Positions 36,615 through 46,455 of a stretch of DNA of 61,455 bases are shown here, piece by piece. The position numbers and the translations under genes are program-made. This stretch comes from a virus (Duplodnaviria > Caudoviricetes). Positions within the stretch are counted from its first letter, which is position 1. Each line of letters opens with the position of its first letter. The stretch covers positions 1 to 61,455 of the IMG/VR virus record IMGVR_UViG_3300032893_000045; one strand, 5' to 3'. Under the pieces are notes generated by a model. It did no database searches. It had not been told where the DNA came from and worked only from the letters and a program-made list of their open reading frames with translations.

Positions 36615-36644
36615 ACTCTAGCGCCACCGTCGCGCGCATGTCAA
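36615..36644 (-). promoter_or_regulatory. Promoter TTGACA-N18-TAGAGT containing the shared motif
   Basis: Read directly; sits at the divergence point of the two arms. Confidence 0.7.
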
Positions 36645-36879
36645 GGGGAAAGTAGAGGAACTCCTTGCGCGCCTTGGGCAAAACGTAGACACTCTAGCGG
36701 CAGGAGGGAGCCGGTGGCGCAACCACTAGAAGTTGTGCCGGTGGGAACCACCGACTCACGCTCCTCCGGGGAGGCCCCGCTCTGCTGCAACTGCGAGCGC
36801 CGCTGCTGGCCGTCCTACATTCAGATCGAGGACCAGGTCTTCTGCGCGGACTGCTACTCGCTCCTCCGATCGGATCCCG

Positions 36880-37272
36880 ATGTCGACGGAAGCTCCTGAT
36901 ACGGCCGCCCTCCAGAAGGGCGTAGAGGACTGGCGCCTCACGCTCAAGGGGGACAAGCCTCTCCACGGACGTGCGAAGGAGATCGCCCTCAAGCTCATCA
37001 CGGATCCCGAGTACCTCGCCGAGCTCCAGATCCGGCTCAAGGCGGGACTCGCGGGTCCGATCGAGCCCTACCTCTGGAAGCTGGGCCTGGGCGATTGGAC
37101 CGTTCACCATCCGAAGGCGACGGCCGCGGACGACGAGCGCTTCGAGAAGATCCGCGAGGAAGCGAAGCGCATCCTCCACAACGATCCAGAGAAGGCCCGC
37201 GAGGTCGATCTCGCCATCGCATCGAGCGCCGGCCTGCCGATCACGCTGACGCCGGAGACGAAGGATGGGTGA
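36880..37272 (+). CDS. Hypothetical protein, possible terminase small subunit
   Basis: Helical 130-aa protein near the start of the late arm; function inferred from position only. Confidence 0.45.
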   Translation: MSTEAPDTAALQKGVEDWRLTLKGDKPLHGRAKEIALKLITDPEYLAELQIRLKAGLAGPIEPYLWKLGLGDWTVHHPKATAADDERFEKIREEAKRILHNDPEKAREVDLAIASSAGLPITLTPETKDG

Positions 37273-37654
37273 CTCAGACGACCGGAGCCAGTTCGACCGT
37301 GAGGTGTTGCTGCTCGCCTGCCTCGCCAAGCTCTTCACCTACGCGCAGTCGCGAGGCTACGCCCTCACGGCCGGCGAGGGGAAGATCCTCACTCCGCGGA
37401 AGGGAGCCGACGGCGTGCTGCGCCAGGACGGCGAGCACATGCTCGGATCGCTCCACTACCTCGGCCTCGCGCAGGACCTCAACCTGTTCGTGAAGAAGAA
37501 CGGCGTCTGGACCTACGTCTCCGACGGCGGCGATCCGGCCTGGGCCGACCTCGGCGTCTACTGGGAATCGCTGGATCCGCTCTGCCGCTGGGGCGGTCGC
37601 TTCCAGACGCGCGACGACAACCACGTCTCGATCGCGTACCAGGGTCGAGCGTAA
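37265..37654 (+). CDS. Endolysin, M15-family Zn peptidase
   Basis: SLHYLGLAQD..WESL..RWGGRF..DDNHVS. Confidence 0.9.
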   Translation: MGDSDDRSQFDREVLLLACLAKLFTYAQSRGYALTAGEGKILTPRKGADGVLRQDGEHMLGSLHYLGLAQDLNLFVKKNGVWTYVSDGGDPAWADLGVYWESLDPLCRWGGRFQTRDDNHVSIAYQGRA

Positions 37655-37664
37655 GGGAGGCTTG

Positions 37665-38777
37665 ATGCCCCGATCAGAGCGGCTCGGTCTCGCCGTGGCG
37701 CTGATCGTCCTGGCGGCGCTGCTGACAAGCTGCAAGCCATCGGCAGAGTGCCAGGCCGCCACGGAGGCGCTTCCGGCAGCCTGCGTGCTGGGGTCGCAGA
37801 GTTGCCTTGACGCGGTCGCTGCGGCGGAGAAGGCGTGCGGCGGCCCGGTCGTGGTGCCGACGCCGCAGCCCACCCCGACCCCAACTCCGGCTCCGACTCC
37901 CACGCCGACGCCCGTCCCCACGCCGACACCCACGCCGACCCCGGCGCCGCTGCCGTCGCCGCAGCCCTACCTGGACGACAGCAAGCTGACCGCGAAGGCC
38001 GGCGACATGAGCGCGACGCAGTTCGGCACGGTGACGGCTGCGGTCAAGGCCTATCAGCAGGCCGAGCCGAGCCACTGGGCTTCAGAGCTCAAGCTCGCGG
38101 TGCCGGTAGCGACCGGCTACGCGCGGCTCTCGGCGTGGCTGCGGCCGGTCGTGGCTGCGCAGTCGATCAGCGCGAGCGGCCAGGTGTCGGACGCGATCTT
38201 CGTCTGCGATTCGAGCCCGGTGCGGCGCTGCGAGGAGTGGCACGTCTTCGCCTCGAACGGCGCCTATGCGAACACCACGGGAGCGATGAAGGGTGTTTGG
38301 AGCTACGGCGGCGCCGCGCCCGGGCCGACGCCGACGCCGGACCCGCTGGCCGCGCTGGCGCCCCTGCCCGACCGCGCGAAGCTCCAGATCGTAGGGCACC
38401 TGCTGGGCCAGATCACGGATGCCTCCGGCCAGGCCGTCCCCCTCCTCGACCTCACCTTCCGCGTCTGCGACGCCGCGATGTGCAACGCCTACGGCTTCGC
38501 CGGACGCCAGTGCTGCCCGCTCGGCCCTGACGGGACGGCTGCGCGCTACGGCCGCGAGCGCTGGGCGGCGGGCCGGCTCGACGGATCGACGGCGCCTCCC
38601 GGCGTTCCTGAGCCGAACGCGAGGTGCGTGGCACAGCCGGCCCCGCAGGCGATCGGCGCTCCGAATCCGGCGAACTGGAGCCAATGCACCGCGAACGGCT
38701 GGACCCAGACGCTCCAGATGTGCGGCTCCGGCGTCGCGGCGTCACTCTGCGGCCCGGTGCCGCCGGTGGCCTACTGA
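37665..38777 (+). CDS. Cys-rich lipoprotein with (PT)n linkers
   Basis: Hydrophobic signal ending in lipobox LLTS-C; Pro-Thr repeat at about 37855-37945. Confidence 0.75.
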   Translation: MPRSERLGLAVALIVLAALLTSCKPSAECQAATEALPAACVLGSQSCLDAVAAAEKACGGPVVVPTPQPTPTPTPAPTPTPTPVPTPTPTPTPAPLPSPQPYLDDSKLTAKAGDMSATQFGTVTAAVKAYQQAEPSHWASELKLAVPVATGYARLSAWLRPVVAAQSISASGQVSDAIFVCDSSPVRRCEEWHVFASNGAYANTTGAMKGVWSYGGAAPGPTPTPDPLAALAPLPDRAKLQIVGHLLGQITDASGQAVPLLDLTFRVCDAAMCNAYGFAGRQCCPLGPDGTAARYGRERWAAGRLDGSTAPPGVPEPNARCVAQPAPQAIGAPNPANWSQCTANGWTQTLQMCGSGVAASLCGPVPPVAY

Positions 38778-39010
38778 TGAAGCCCGGCGACTGGTTCAAG
38801 GGAGCAGGCGGGTTGCTCGCGTGGCTGCTCCTCTTCTGGAAGGCCAAGCCGAAGCCGCAAGCCAACTTCGACTACAACCCGCAGGGCTGGGCGCCCGTGC
38901 CCTGTCCCAAGTGCGGCCAGCCGGCTGTGAACGACTATCAGTCGATGGACGGCCATGAGTTCGGCTACTACTGCAACGCCTGCAAGGCGGCATTCACGGT
39001 GAAACGCTGA
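38777..39010 (+). CDS. Small membrane-anchored Zn-ribbon protein
   Basis: LLAWLLLFW; CPKC..CNAC; TGATG coupling. Confidence 0.55.
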   Translation: MKPGDWFKGAGGLLAWLLLFWKAKPKPQANFDYNPQGWAPVPCPKCGQPAVNDYQSMDGHEFGYYCNACKAAFTVKR

Positions 39011-39828
39011 TGCGCCGGCTCCTCTCGCGCTTCCTCGAATGGCTGCCCGCGGCGGCCTACCGGCTCGACCGCAAGTCGCTGCGCAACCCGCTCGCCACCG
39101 ACCTCGGCTGCTCGGCGATCCTCATTGCGTGTCTGGCCCTGTTCGTCCTGGGCCTGGGCGCGGTGATCGCGCATTGTGAGGAGGTGATGCCTTCTGTCGG
39201 ATACGACGGGTCTGAATCCGATGTATCGCCAGCCGTAGCCGGGGGTGGCGCATCCGGTGAAAACACGCCAGCCGTACCTGACCCGCAGGCCGTCCAGCCG
39301 CTCGCGCAGGTCTGGCTGGGAGGAGAGAGCACCTACGCCGCCAACTCCGCGCAGAAGTACACGCCCGTAGGCCAGATCTCGCTCATCGCGGGGATGGGCC
39401 GCTGGGGCGGCGGCTTGCGCGTCCGCACGATGGGCGTCAGCGGGGTGTACCAGCCCAATCAGCCTTCGACCTTCACCGCGGCCGAAGCCTACGCGCTCCT
39501 CTTTCTCAACGTGGCCGACACCTCGAGGACCGGATACACCATCACGATCGCGCCGGCGATCTTCGCTGGCTACGCGGTTCCGTTGCAGACGCAGAACGGC
39601 GTGTCACCCACCCTCGCCCGCACCTGCACCGCGATGGTCGGACTCAGGCTCGCGGGCCCGAGTTGGCGTGCCGAGATCGGGGCTGGCATGTACCAGCAGC
39701 TCTCTGGCTTCGCGGTCGGGGCAACCACGCACGCGCAGCTTACGGATCATAGTGCCTGGGTGGTCGACGCGGCGGTCGGGTCGGCGGGCAAGTACGTCGC
39801 CTCGATCGCTCTTCTACTGAGGCCATAG
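39010..39828 (+). CDS. Putative exported beta-barrel-like protein
   Basis: Hydrophobic N-terminal segment followed by about 8 amphipathic Gly/aromatic beta strands. Confidence 0.5.
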   Translation: MRRLLSRFLEWLPAAAYRLDRKSLRNPLATDLGCSAILIACLALFVLGLGAVIAHCEEVMPSVGYDGSESDVSPAVAGGGASGENTPAVPDPQAVQPLAQVWLGGESTYAANSAQKYTPVGQISLIAGMGRWGGGLRVRTMGVSGVYQPNQPSTFTAAEAYALLFLNVADTSRTGYTITIAPAIFAGYAVPLQTQNGVSPTLARTCTAMVGLRLAGPSWRAEIGAGMYQQLSGFAVGATTHAQLTDHSAWVVDAAVGSAGKYVASIALLLRP

Positions 39829-40176
39829 ATGCAGCCCTTCGTGCCGATCTTCTGGTACTGGTTCTTCGGGATCACGGTCGCGTTTCTAGTTCCCGAGCTC
39901 CTCGCCGCGCACCAGCACAAGACGACCGGCTTCTGGGGCTGGCTCCTCTCGCGGGGCACCTTCAGCGAGTTCGTCTTCTGGCTGTTCGGCATCAAGCCGA
40001 GGCCGGATGGGAAGCCGGTACGCTGGATCGCGGGACGCCACCTCGTCCTCGACGCGATCTGCTTCGTCCTCTGGTATCACTTCCGGTTCGCGAGCTCGGC
40101 TGTGCCGGTCGCGCTCGTCGGCCTCGTGGTTTTCATCCTGATGGTCCGCGCGATGTTCTGGGAAAGGAAAGACTGA
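39829..40176 (+). CDS. Trp/Phe-rich membrane protein
   Basis: About 3 TM segments. Confidence 0.6.
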   Translation: MQPFVPIFWYWFFGITVAFLVPELLAAHQHKTTGFWGWLLSRGTFSEFVFWLFGIKPRPDGKPVRWIAGRHLVLDAICFVLWYHFRFASSAVPVALVGLVVFILMVRAMFWERKD

Positions 40177-40177
40177 G

Positions 40178-40633
40178 ATGGGTCTGATTCAGGACGTGAA
40201 GCATCTGCTCACGCTGAAAGAGGTCCGAGACCGGCTGAGCCTCTCGGCTGGCGGCCGCGCCCTCATGACCGCGGTCTTCGCCGTTGTGGGGGCGGTCCTC
40301 ACCGCCATCGTCGCGCAGTACACGGCCGCCTGCCCGGCCCTACTGACCAACCTGAGCTCGATTCTCACGGCTGGCTTCGGAGGCGGAGCCACGTACTTTT
40401 TCCTGCGAAAGCCGCTCCAGAACGCGGCCGGGAAGGCGACGATCACGGGCCTCCTCGGCGCAGCCGTCGCAGGGCTGCTTCAGCAGGTAACGGCGCTCTG
40501 CGGCTCCGACTTCGTCCACCAGCTCGGTCCGCTCGCGATGGCCGGCGTCTGGATCGGCCTCGGCCACTACTTGCAGGCGCCGCATGAGAGCCCTGCCCCG
40601 GCGTCCGTTCCGCCGACCGCTGCCGGGCATTGA
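40178..40633 (+). CDS. Holin-like membrane protein with internal duplication
   Basis: Four hydrophobic segments in two similar halves (G(R/K)A..T..GA..A..Q.TA.C). Confidence 0.55.
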   Translation: MGLIQDVKHLLTLKEVRDRLSLSAGGRALMTAVFAVVGAVLTAIVAQYTAACPALLTNLSSILTAGFGGGATYFFLRKPLQNAAGKATITGLLGAAVAGLLQQVTALCGSDFVHQLGPLAMAGVWIGLGHYLQAPHESPAPASVPPTAAGH

Positions 40634-40935
40634 GCCCCGGGGCCGATCTCGCGCTGCGGATCGCGGCAATCGCGATTGCGGGGATCTTCAGCGGAGGCTC
40701 TGTGACGCTCATGCTCTTGGCGCACCGCGCTGCCCGTCGGCGCCGCCTGCGCGACGAGGCGCGGGACGAACTCCTGACGGCGCTCTGCATCGCTGTCCTC
40801 TTCACCCTGAGCGTCTCGGCGGGCGACGTCGTCGAGCTCCAGCGGGTGATCGAAGAGCGGGCCTCGGCAGTCGAGCAACTCAAGCGCGCCCGCGAGAGGC
40901 TGCGCGAACTCACTCCCAAGGAGCAGGTCTCGTGA
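40630..40935 (+). CDS. Membrane protein with coiled-coil tail
   Basis: Two hydrophobic segments; coupled. Confidence 0.5.
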   Translation: MSPGADLALRIAAIAIAGIFSGGSVTLMLLAHRAARRRRLRDEARDELLTALCIAVLFTLSVSAGDVVELQRVIEERASAVEQLKRARERLRELTPKEQVS

Positions 40936-41135
40936 GCAAAGAGAATGGCACCTCTGCCAGTCCCGGGCTGTGTCCCCTTTCCGACTTCCCTGCCTCCTGC
41001 GAGCGCCGCTTCACCTCTCTCGAGGAGAAGCTGCGCCAGGCGGACGACGTGATCGACTGGACGGCCCAGCACGTCGAAGCCCTCGTCATCGCGAGCGGCG
41101 GTAAACTCAAGCGGAAGCGGCCGCGGCTGGAGTGA
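40932..41135 (+). CDS. Small coiled-coil protein
   Basis: GGAG RBS; GTGA coupling. Confidence 0.45.
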   Translation: MSKENGTSASPGLCPLSDFPASCERRFTSLEEKLRQADDVIDWTAQHVEALVIASGGKLKRKRPRLE

Positions 41136-41144
41136 GACACCGGA

Positions 41145-42734
41145 ATGGCTGATCCGATCCGCGCCGACGAATACGCGCATCTCGTGAGCCCAGCGGCTCT
41201 CGCGGTTACGCTGACGCGCGGGTCCGCCCAGCCGTGGGTTCCGAGCAAGTACCACTGGCTCCTGAGCGACGAACTCGTCCGCCTCTACCGCCGAGAACCG
41301 GGCCAGCCGTCCATCCTCCTCGTCATGATGCCGCCCCAGCACGGGAAGAGCACGGAGACCTCCCAGTGGTTCCCCGCCTGGGCACTCGCTCTCGAACCTT
41401 CGACCCGGATCATCCTCTGTTCCTACGGACTCAACCTCGCGGCGAAGTTCGGCCGCGCGACTCGGCAAATAATCGAGACGAACTACCCGATGCTCGGCAC
41501 CTCCGTGCTCGAGGACTCGCGAGCGGCGCACCGCTGGGGGACGCGGGACGGCGGAGGGATGGAGTGCCGGGGCGTCGGCGGCGGCATCTCAGGCTTCGGC
41601 TTCGACATCGGCATCGTCGACGACCCGGTGAAGGACGCGCAGGACGCGCAGAGTCAGATCATCCGCGACAACCTCTGGGACTGGTGGCAGCAGGCGTTCC
41701 TGACCCGCCGTTCGCCAACGGCCATCATCGTCGTCGTCATGACCCGGTGGCACGAGGACGACCTGATCGGCCGCATCCTCCAGACCTCTCCCGAGAAGTG
41801 CCGCGTCCTCCGTCTACCGGCGCTCGCGGAGGAGGGAGATCCGCTCGGCCGGCTCCCCGGCGAGGGCCTCTGGCCGGAGCGCTACCCTCTGGACTTCTAC
41901 GAGGACGTCCGCCGGAAGAGCCCGCGGGTCTTCAACGCGCTCTACCAGCAGCGTCCGACGGCCCCCGAAGGATCCGGCATTCGGCGTGACTGGTGGCGCT
42001 ACTACACGGAGCGGCAGGACCCTTCGTCCTTCGACCGCATCATCCAGGTCTGGGATCCCACCTTCAAAGACGTCGACTCGAGCGACTTCGTCGCGGGCGG
42101 CGTCATCGGGATCCGGCGCGAGGACTCGTACCTGCTCGACGCGACGCACGCGCGACTGGACACGCCGAAGACGATCCGGGCGATCCAGGAGATGCGGCGC
42201 CGATGGCCGACCGCGAAACGGATCCTCATCGAGGAGACCGCGTCCGGGCCCGCGATCATCCAGCTTCTCCAGCATACCGTTCCTGGCATCCTGCCCGTCC
42301 GAACGGGCAACCGCTCGAAGGAGACGCGGCTCAACTGGGGCGTGAACTCCGTCTCGGGCTACATCGAGGCGGGTCACTTCTACCTGCCGCGCGAGATCCG
42401 CCCAGACGAGGAGGAGGCGATCGACCCTCCGGACCCGGGCCTCTGCGAGATCGCCCAGAAGCTCGTAAACGAGGCGGCCGCCTTCCCCTACGGCGAGCAC
42501 GACGACCTGGTCGACATGCTCGTCCACGGCGTCCAGCATCTCATGCCGGCCTCGTGGTCCGCGGCGCGTCGCGAGCAGAAGGCGCTGGCGCAGAACGAGC
42601 CCGTGGACCTCGTGGCCCTGCACCGGAAGCAGCTTCAGGACGCGATCACAAAGCGGATGGACGCTCTCTACGAGGACCGACGGCGAGCGCAGCGCGATCC
42701 GTCGCTGGGTCTCGCCGGCTGGAGCACCTACTGA
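41145..42734 (+). CDS. terL: Terminase large subunit
   Basis: Walker A MPPQHGKS; IVDDPVKD; VMTRWHEDDL; ALYQQRP; nuclease motifs WDP..SDF and FPYGEHDDLVD. Confidence 0.96.
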   Translation: MADPIRADEYAHLVSPAALAVTLTRGSAQPWVPSKYHWLLSDELVRLYRREPGQPSILLVMMPPQHGKSTETSQWFPAWALALEPSTRIILCSYGLNLAAKFGRATRQIIETNYPMLGTSVLEDSRAAHRWGTRDGGGMECRGVGGGISGFGFDIGIVDDPVKDAQDAQSQIIRDNLWDWWQQAFLTRRSPTAIIVVVMTRWHEDDLIGRILQTSPEKCRVLRLPALAEEGDPLGRLPGEGLWPERYPLDFYEDVRRKSPRVFNALYQQRPTAPEGSGIRRDWWRYYTERQDPSSFDRIIQVWDPTFKDVDSSDFVAGGVIGIRREDSYLLDATHARLDTPKTIRAIQEMRRRWPTAKRILIEETASGPAIIQLLQHTVPGILPVRTGNRSKETRLNWGVNSVSGYIEAGHFYLPREIRPDEEEAIDPPDPGLCEIAQKLVNEAAAFPYGEHDDLVDMLVHGVQHLMPASWSAARREQKALAQNEPVDLVALHRKQLQDAITKRMDALYEDRRRAQRDPSLGLAGWSTY

Positions 42735-43165
42735 TGCTCGTCAAGACAGCCGAGGTCGAGGCGATCACGCCCGAGCAGATGATGCAGATCGTGGAGGACT
42801 GGACGGGGCGCTGCCCAAACCGCCCCGGCCTCAAGTCGAACACCGACGTGCTGCTCGTGCTGGTCGACACCAGGATGAAGGGGAAGAAAGCGATGGGGCT
42901 GGGCATCGAGCCGCACGTCCTCGCGGAGATGGCGCGGCGCCTAGCCTGCGTCGAGCTCTCGCGCTACGAGATCGGCAAGCTGATCTGCGACCTACTGGGC
43001 AACAGCCGCTCGAAGGCCGCGATCGTCCAGCACGCTCGCCGCTTCCACGGGCTCACGGGCGAGGAGGCGAAGCGCGACCTTGCCGAGCTCCACGCGGAGG
43101 CCCGGGAGATGGTCCAGCGCGAGGTGCTGGCGACGATCGGAAGGAGGCGGGGCCGTGCTCACTGA
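42734..43165 (+). CDS. Hypothetical protein
   Basis: TGATG coupling to terL. Confidence 0.6.
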   Translation: MLVKTAEVEAITPEQMMQIVEDWTGRCPNRPGLKSNTDVLLVLVDTRMKGKKAMGLGIEPHVLAEMARRLACVELSRYEIGKLICDLLGNSRSKAAIVQHARRFHGLTGEEAKRDLAELHAEAREMVQREVLATIGRRRGRAH

Positions 43166-43436
43166 CCTGTTTCGTTGCAGGGCGTGCCGCGCCAAAGACC
43201 AGGAGATCGAGCGCCTCGTGGCTCAGGTGCGGTGGGCCCAGGACCAGATGGACCTCCAGAACCGGCGGCTCGCGGAAATCGCCGCGCCCCGCACGAACGA
43301 GCGCGTGGCGGCCTCGCTGCGCCAGCCCAGGACTCCACCGCCCCCGCGCGTCCTCCGCGCCGAGGAGATCCCTCCGATGGGATTCGAGGTTCCTCCGGAG
43401 CCCGACTTCGTGATCGTCGACGAGAACAGGGGATAG
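43155..43436 (+). CDS. Hypothetical coiled-coil protein
   Basis: AGGAGG RBS; CRAC. Confidence 0.55.
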   Translation: MLTDLFRCRACRAKDQEIERLVAQVRWAQDQMDLQNRRLAEIAAPRTNERVAASLRQPRTPPPPRVLRAEEIPPMGFEVPPEPDFVIVDENRG

Positions 43437-43439
43437 CCA

Positions 43440-46151
43440 ATGGAGACGGAGACCGCTCCGGTTCTGAGCGCGAACTGGCAGGACAACTCCATCCCAAGCC
43501 TGGAGGACCCCGAGGACAAGATCCGCAACTACATGCTGCGGATGATGAATCCGCTCTCGCCGAGGCGCCGCTGGCACACGCTGAAGGCCGCGCACCGCTC
43601 GTGGATGTACATGGGGAACCAGTGGATCGAGCCCAACTGGGGGCTGGCCCCCGGCAACGGCGCCTATCACTTCTTCGGCGTCCACAAGCGCGACACGCTG
43701 GCTGCGTTCAAGCGGCCGGTGATGAACATCACCCGCGTCGCGGTTCGCAACGAGGTCGCGCGGCTCGGAAAGAAGGAGTACGTCCCCGACGTGCTGGCTT
43801 CGCGGAACGTCCCTACCTGGGTCGCTGCCGCGCGTGCCGCCAAGGACATCCTCGTCTCGGAGGCGTACAGGCTCGCATGGGGAGAGAAACGGGAACAGGC
43901 GATCTTCAACTTCGTGGTCGACGGGACGCTGATCGTCAAGACCTACTGGGACGAGGTCCAGACGCAGACGGTCACGATCGGCAGTCCCGACGCGGTCTCC
44001 TGTCCCCAGTGCAACTTCCTGCTCGCAAGCGACGTCGTGCCGGCCTCTTTCCTCGCGGACGGCTTCCCCGGACCCGCCGGCCAGATGGTCCCGATCGCGC
44101 GCCCGGACACGGTCGAGCGTCCGGAGCCGGTCCCGGGCATGACCGCGGCGACGGTCCGTCTGCACACCTGCCCCCTCTGCGGCCAGCCGGTCCAGAAGTA
44201 CGACGTCAGTGAGGACGAGGCGGCGCAGCGGAAGGACTCGATCGGAAATCCGCTCGGGATGCCCGTGCCAAAGGGCGACAGCGCCCTCGACGTCGTCTCG
44301 ATGCACGAGTATTACCCAGAGAACGGCGGAGTCCACAAGGATCCGTACAATGCGAAGGTCCACCACCAACTCAGCGTCATGTCGATCGAGGACATCCTCG
44401 AGCGCTGGGGAGACGACCTCGACGAGGATCCCAACGCGGAGGATCCGTCGACCCTGATCCGGCTCGATCCGCTTTTCTCGGATCCGGCGCTGCTCCAGAA
44501 GCCGAGCGTCTACCAGTCCGTCGGCAACGAGGTCTTCGCGGCCCACGCTCGCGTCTGGGAGACGGTGGTCAAGCCGCAGCCGGGCGTCCCGGGGAAGGAG
44601 TTCGGGGCGCACTTTATCCGGATCGCCAACCAGAACCAGGTCATCTCGCGGCCGCTCTGCGTGCCGGCGACCGACGAGAACGGCAAGGAGGTGCTCGTCC
44701 CGCGCGTCGAGTACCACGTCGCCCGGTACTGGAAGGTCCCCGGCCACTTCTTCGGGACGAGCTTCGTCGAGGACCTCATCCCCACGAACCGGCGCATCAA
44801 CGAGATCATCGCGCAGGGCATGGACCTCCGTGAGCGCGGCAAGCCGAGCGTCTGGGTGCCGGAGGGAGTCGAGATCACGCTGCGGGATGACAAGGAGGGA
44901 TCGCTTCAGGTCATGGAGTACGACACCGGGGAGCATCCGGAGTGGAATCCGCGCGACGGCTTCCAGCCGGTCCCGGCCCTGACCGCGAGCCCCTACTACC
45001 AGGAGTACCAGCAATGCCTCGCGGACGCGCAGCTTCTCGGCGCTCCGCAGGACATCGAGATGGGCCAGCCGGCCGGCTCCGTGAAGACGACCTCGGGCCT
45101 GATGCTCATGTCGGACCAGGCACAGGAGAAGCGCGGCCCGATGGAGCGGGGACTCGTAGGCGTCTACGAGAGCGTCTTCCAACACCTGCTCATCATGACC
45201 AAGACCTTCCGGCAGGAGGAAGCAGCCTACGAGGTCCGCAACGACTCGGGGATCTTCGAGGAGAAGAGCTTCAGGGCGGAGACGCTTCAGGGTGCACGCC
45301 GGGTGCGGGTCACAACGAAACAGGGCGTCGACCAGCGGCTCTTCTTAAAGGAGGCGACGGCCGAGGCGATCGAGATGCAGCTCTACCAGATCAACACGCC
45401 GCTCGCCCGCGAGCAACTCCTCGAAAACATGAGCCTGCCGAAGATCGACGAGAAGCAGTCGGTCCAGATCGAGCGCGCCGAGATGGCTTGGTCCGACTTC
45501 GTCCAGACGGGAGCCGTCCCGATCATCGACACGCTCTTCGATCCGGCCGTCTGGTACGCGGTCCTGGGGGTCGCCTGGCTCGAGGACGAAGCGTATTCGA
45601 TGCAGCAGGCCGTCGGCTTCCCGAGCGTCATGGCCGCGCTCGACGGCTGGGAGGACACGTTCACCCAGATGCAGCAGACCGACCAAGCGCAACGGTCGAT
45701 CTACTCCAGCCAGCCGCCGGAGGCGTGGCAGGGGATCTACAACCAACTCGAGCAGATCCGGAAGGCCGCGAACGCGCACGCCCAGAAGGCGGCTCAACTG
45801 GCGATGCAGGCCGGGCAGCCTCCCGCGGCACCGCCGCAGCAGATCCCTCCGACGCCGCCGCCTCCCCAGAACGGCTTCCTGCCGAAGCCGCTCCAGCAGC
45901 GCATCCTGGCGTGCTGGATGAAGATCCTCGGGCCGCAGTTCGGTGACGCGCGCCTGGCCGTGGCCGTTTCGCAGCAGGTCGGGGTCCCGCTCGCGCCGGA
46001 GGGAGCGCGGATCCAGAAGCTCATGCCGCTGCTTCAGATGCGCGCCGTGATCGAAGCCTTCCGCATCCTCGCCCAAGAGCAGCAGGCCGCGGCGGCGCCG
46101 CCCGCCCCCGGTCCGCCCCAGACCAACGCCGCACCCCCGCCGCCGCAGTAG
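43440..46151 (+). CDS. Portal protein (P22-like) with Zn-ribbon insertion, 903 aa
   Basis: YMGNQW; N; DGTLIVKTYWD; FFGTSFVEDLIP..RIN; TTSG; Gln/Pro-rich tail; follows terL. Confidence 0.85.
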   Translation: METETAPVLSANWQDNSIPSLEDPEDKIRNYMLRMMNPLSPRRRWHTLKAAHRSWMYMGNQWIEPNWGLAPGNGAYHFFGVHKRDTLAAFKRPVMNITRVAVRNEVARLGKKEYVPDVLASRNVPTWVAAARAAKDILVSEAYRLAWGEKREQAIFNFVVDGTLIVKTYWDEVQTQTVTIGSPDAVSCPQCNFLLASDVVPASFLADGFPGPAGQMVPIARPDTVERPEPVPGMTAATVRLHTCPLCGQPVQKYDVSEDEAAQRKDSIGNPLGMPVPKGDSALDVVSMHEYYPENGGVHKDPYNAKVHHQLSVMSIEDILERWGDDLDEDPNAEDPSTLIRLDPLFSDPALLQKPSVYQSVGNEVFAAHARVWETVVKPQPGVPGKEFGAHFIRIANQNQVISRPLCVPATDENGKEVLVPRVEYHVARYWKVPGHFFGTSFVEDLIPTNRRINEIIAQGMDLRERGKPSVWVPEGVEITLRDDKEGSLQVMEYDTGEHPEWNPRDGFQPVPALTASPYYQEYQQCLADAQLLGAPQDIEMGQPAGSVKTTSGLMLMSDQAQEKRGPMERGLVGVYESVFQHLLIMTKTFRQEEAAYEVRNDSGIFEEKSFRAETLQGARRVRVTTKQGVDQRLFLKEATAEAIEMQLYQINTPLAREQLLENMSLPKIDEKQSVQIERAEMAWSDFVQTGAVPIIDTLFDPAVWYAVLGVAWLEDEAYSMQQAVGFPSVMAALDGWEDTFTQMQQTDQAQRSIYSSQPPEAWQGIYNQLEQIRKAANAHAQKAAQLAMQAGQPPAAPPQQIPPTPPPPQNGFLPKPLQQRILACWMKILGPQFGDARLAVAVSQQVGVPLAPEGARIQKLMPLLQMRAVIEAFRILAQEQQAAAAPPAPGPPQTNAAPPPPQ

Positions 46152-46160
46152 GAGGAGAGC

Positions 46161-46418
46161 ATGTTCGGACAGAAGAAGAAGCCGCAGCCCCCGCCGCAGG
46201 AGGAGCCGGACGAGGACGACGACAGGATGGATTCAGGCTCCAACCTCGCCACGGAGCCGCTTCCTCGGCCCCCGGCGATCGGCCAGCCTCGGCCCAAGCC
46301 GCCGCAGCACGCGATCATCGAGCCGGCCCCCGGATCGCTCCGGAAGGCGGCCGCCAAGCACAAGAGCCGGACGAAGGTCACGGCGGCGCAGCTTGCGGAG
46401 GCGATGTCGGAGCGGTAG
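46161..46418 (+). CDS. Small disordered protein with shared C-terminal motif
   Basis: AGGAG RBS; ends KVTAAQLAEAMSER. Confidence 0.65.
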   Translation: MFGQKKKPQPPPQEEPDEDDDRMDSGSNLATEPLPRPPAIGQPRPKPPQHAIIEPAPGSLRKAAAKHKSRTKVTAAQLAEAMSER

Positions 46419-46455
46419 AACGAGACCGCCGGGCCGACCCCGGCAGGAGGAAACG

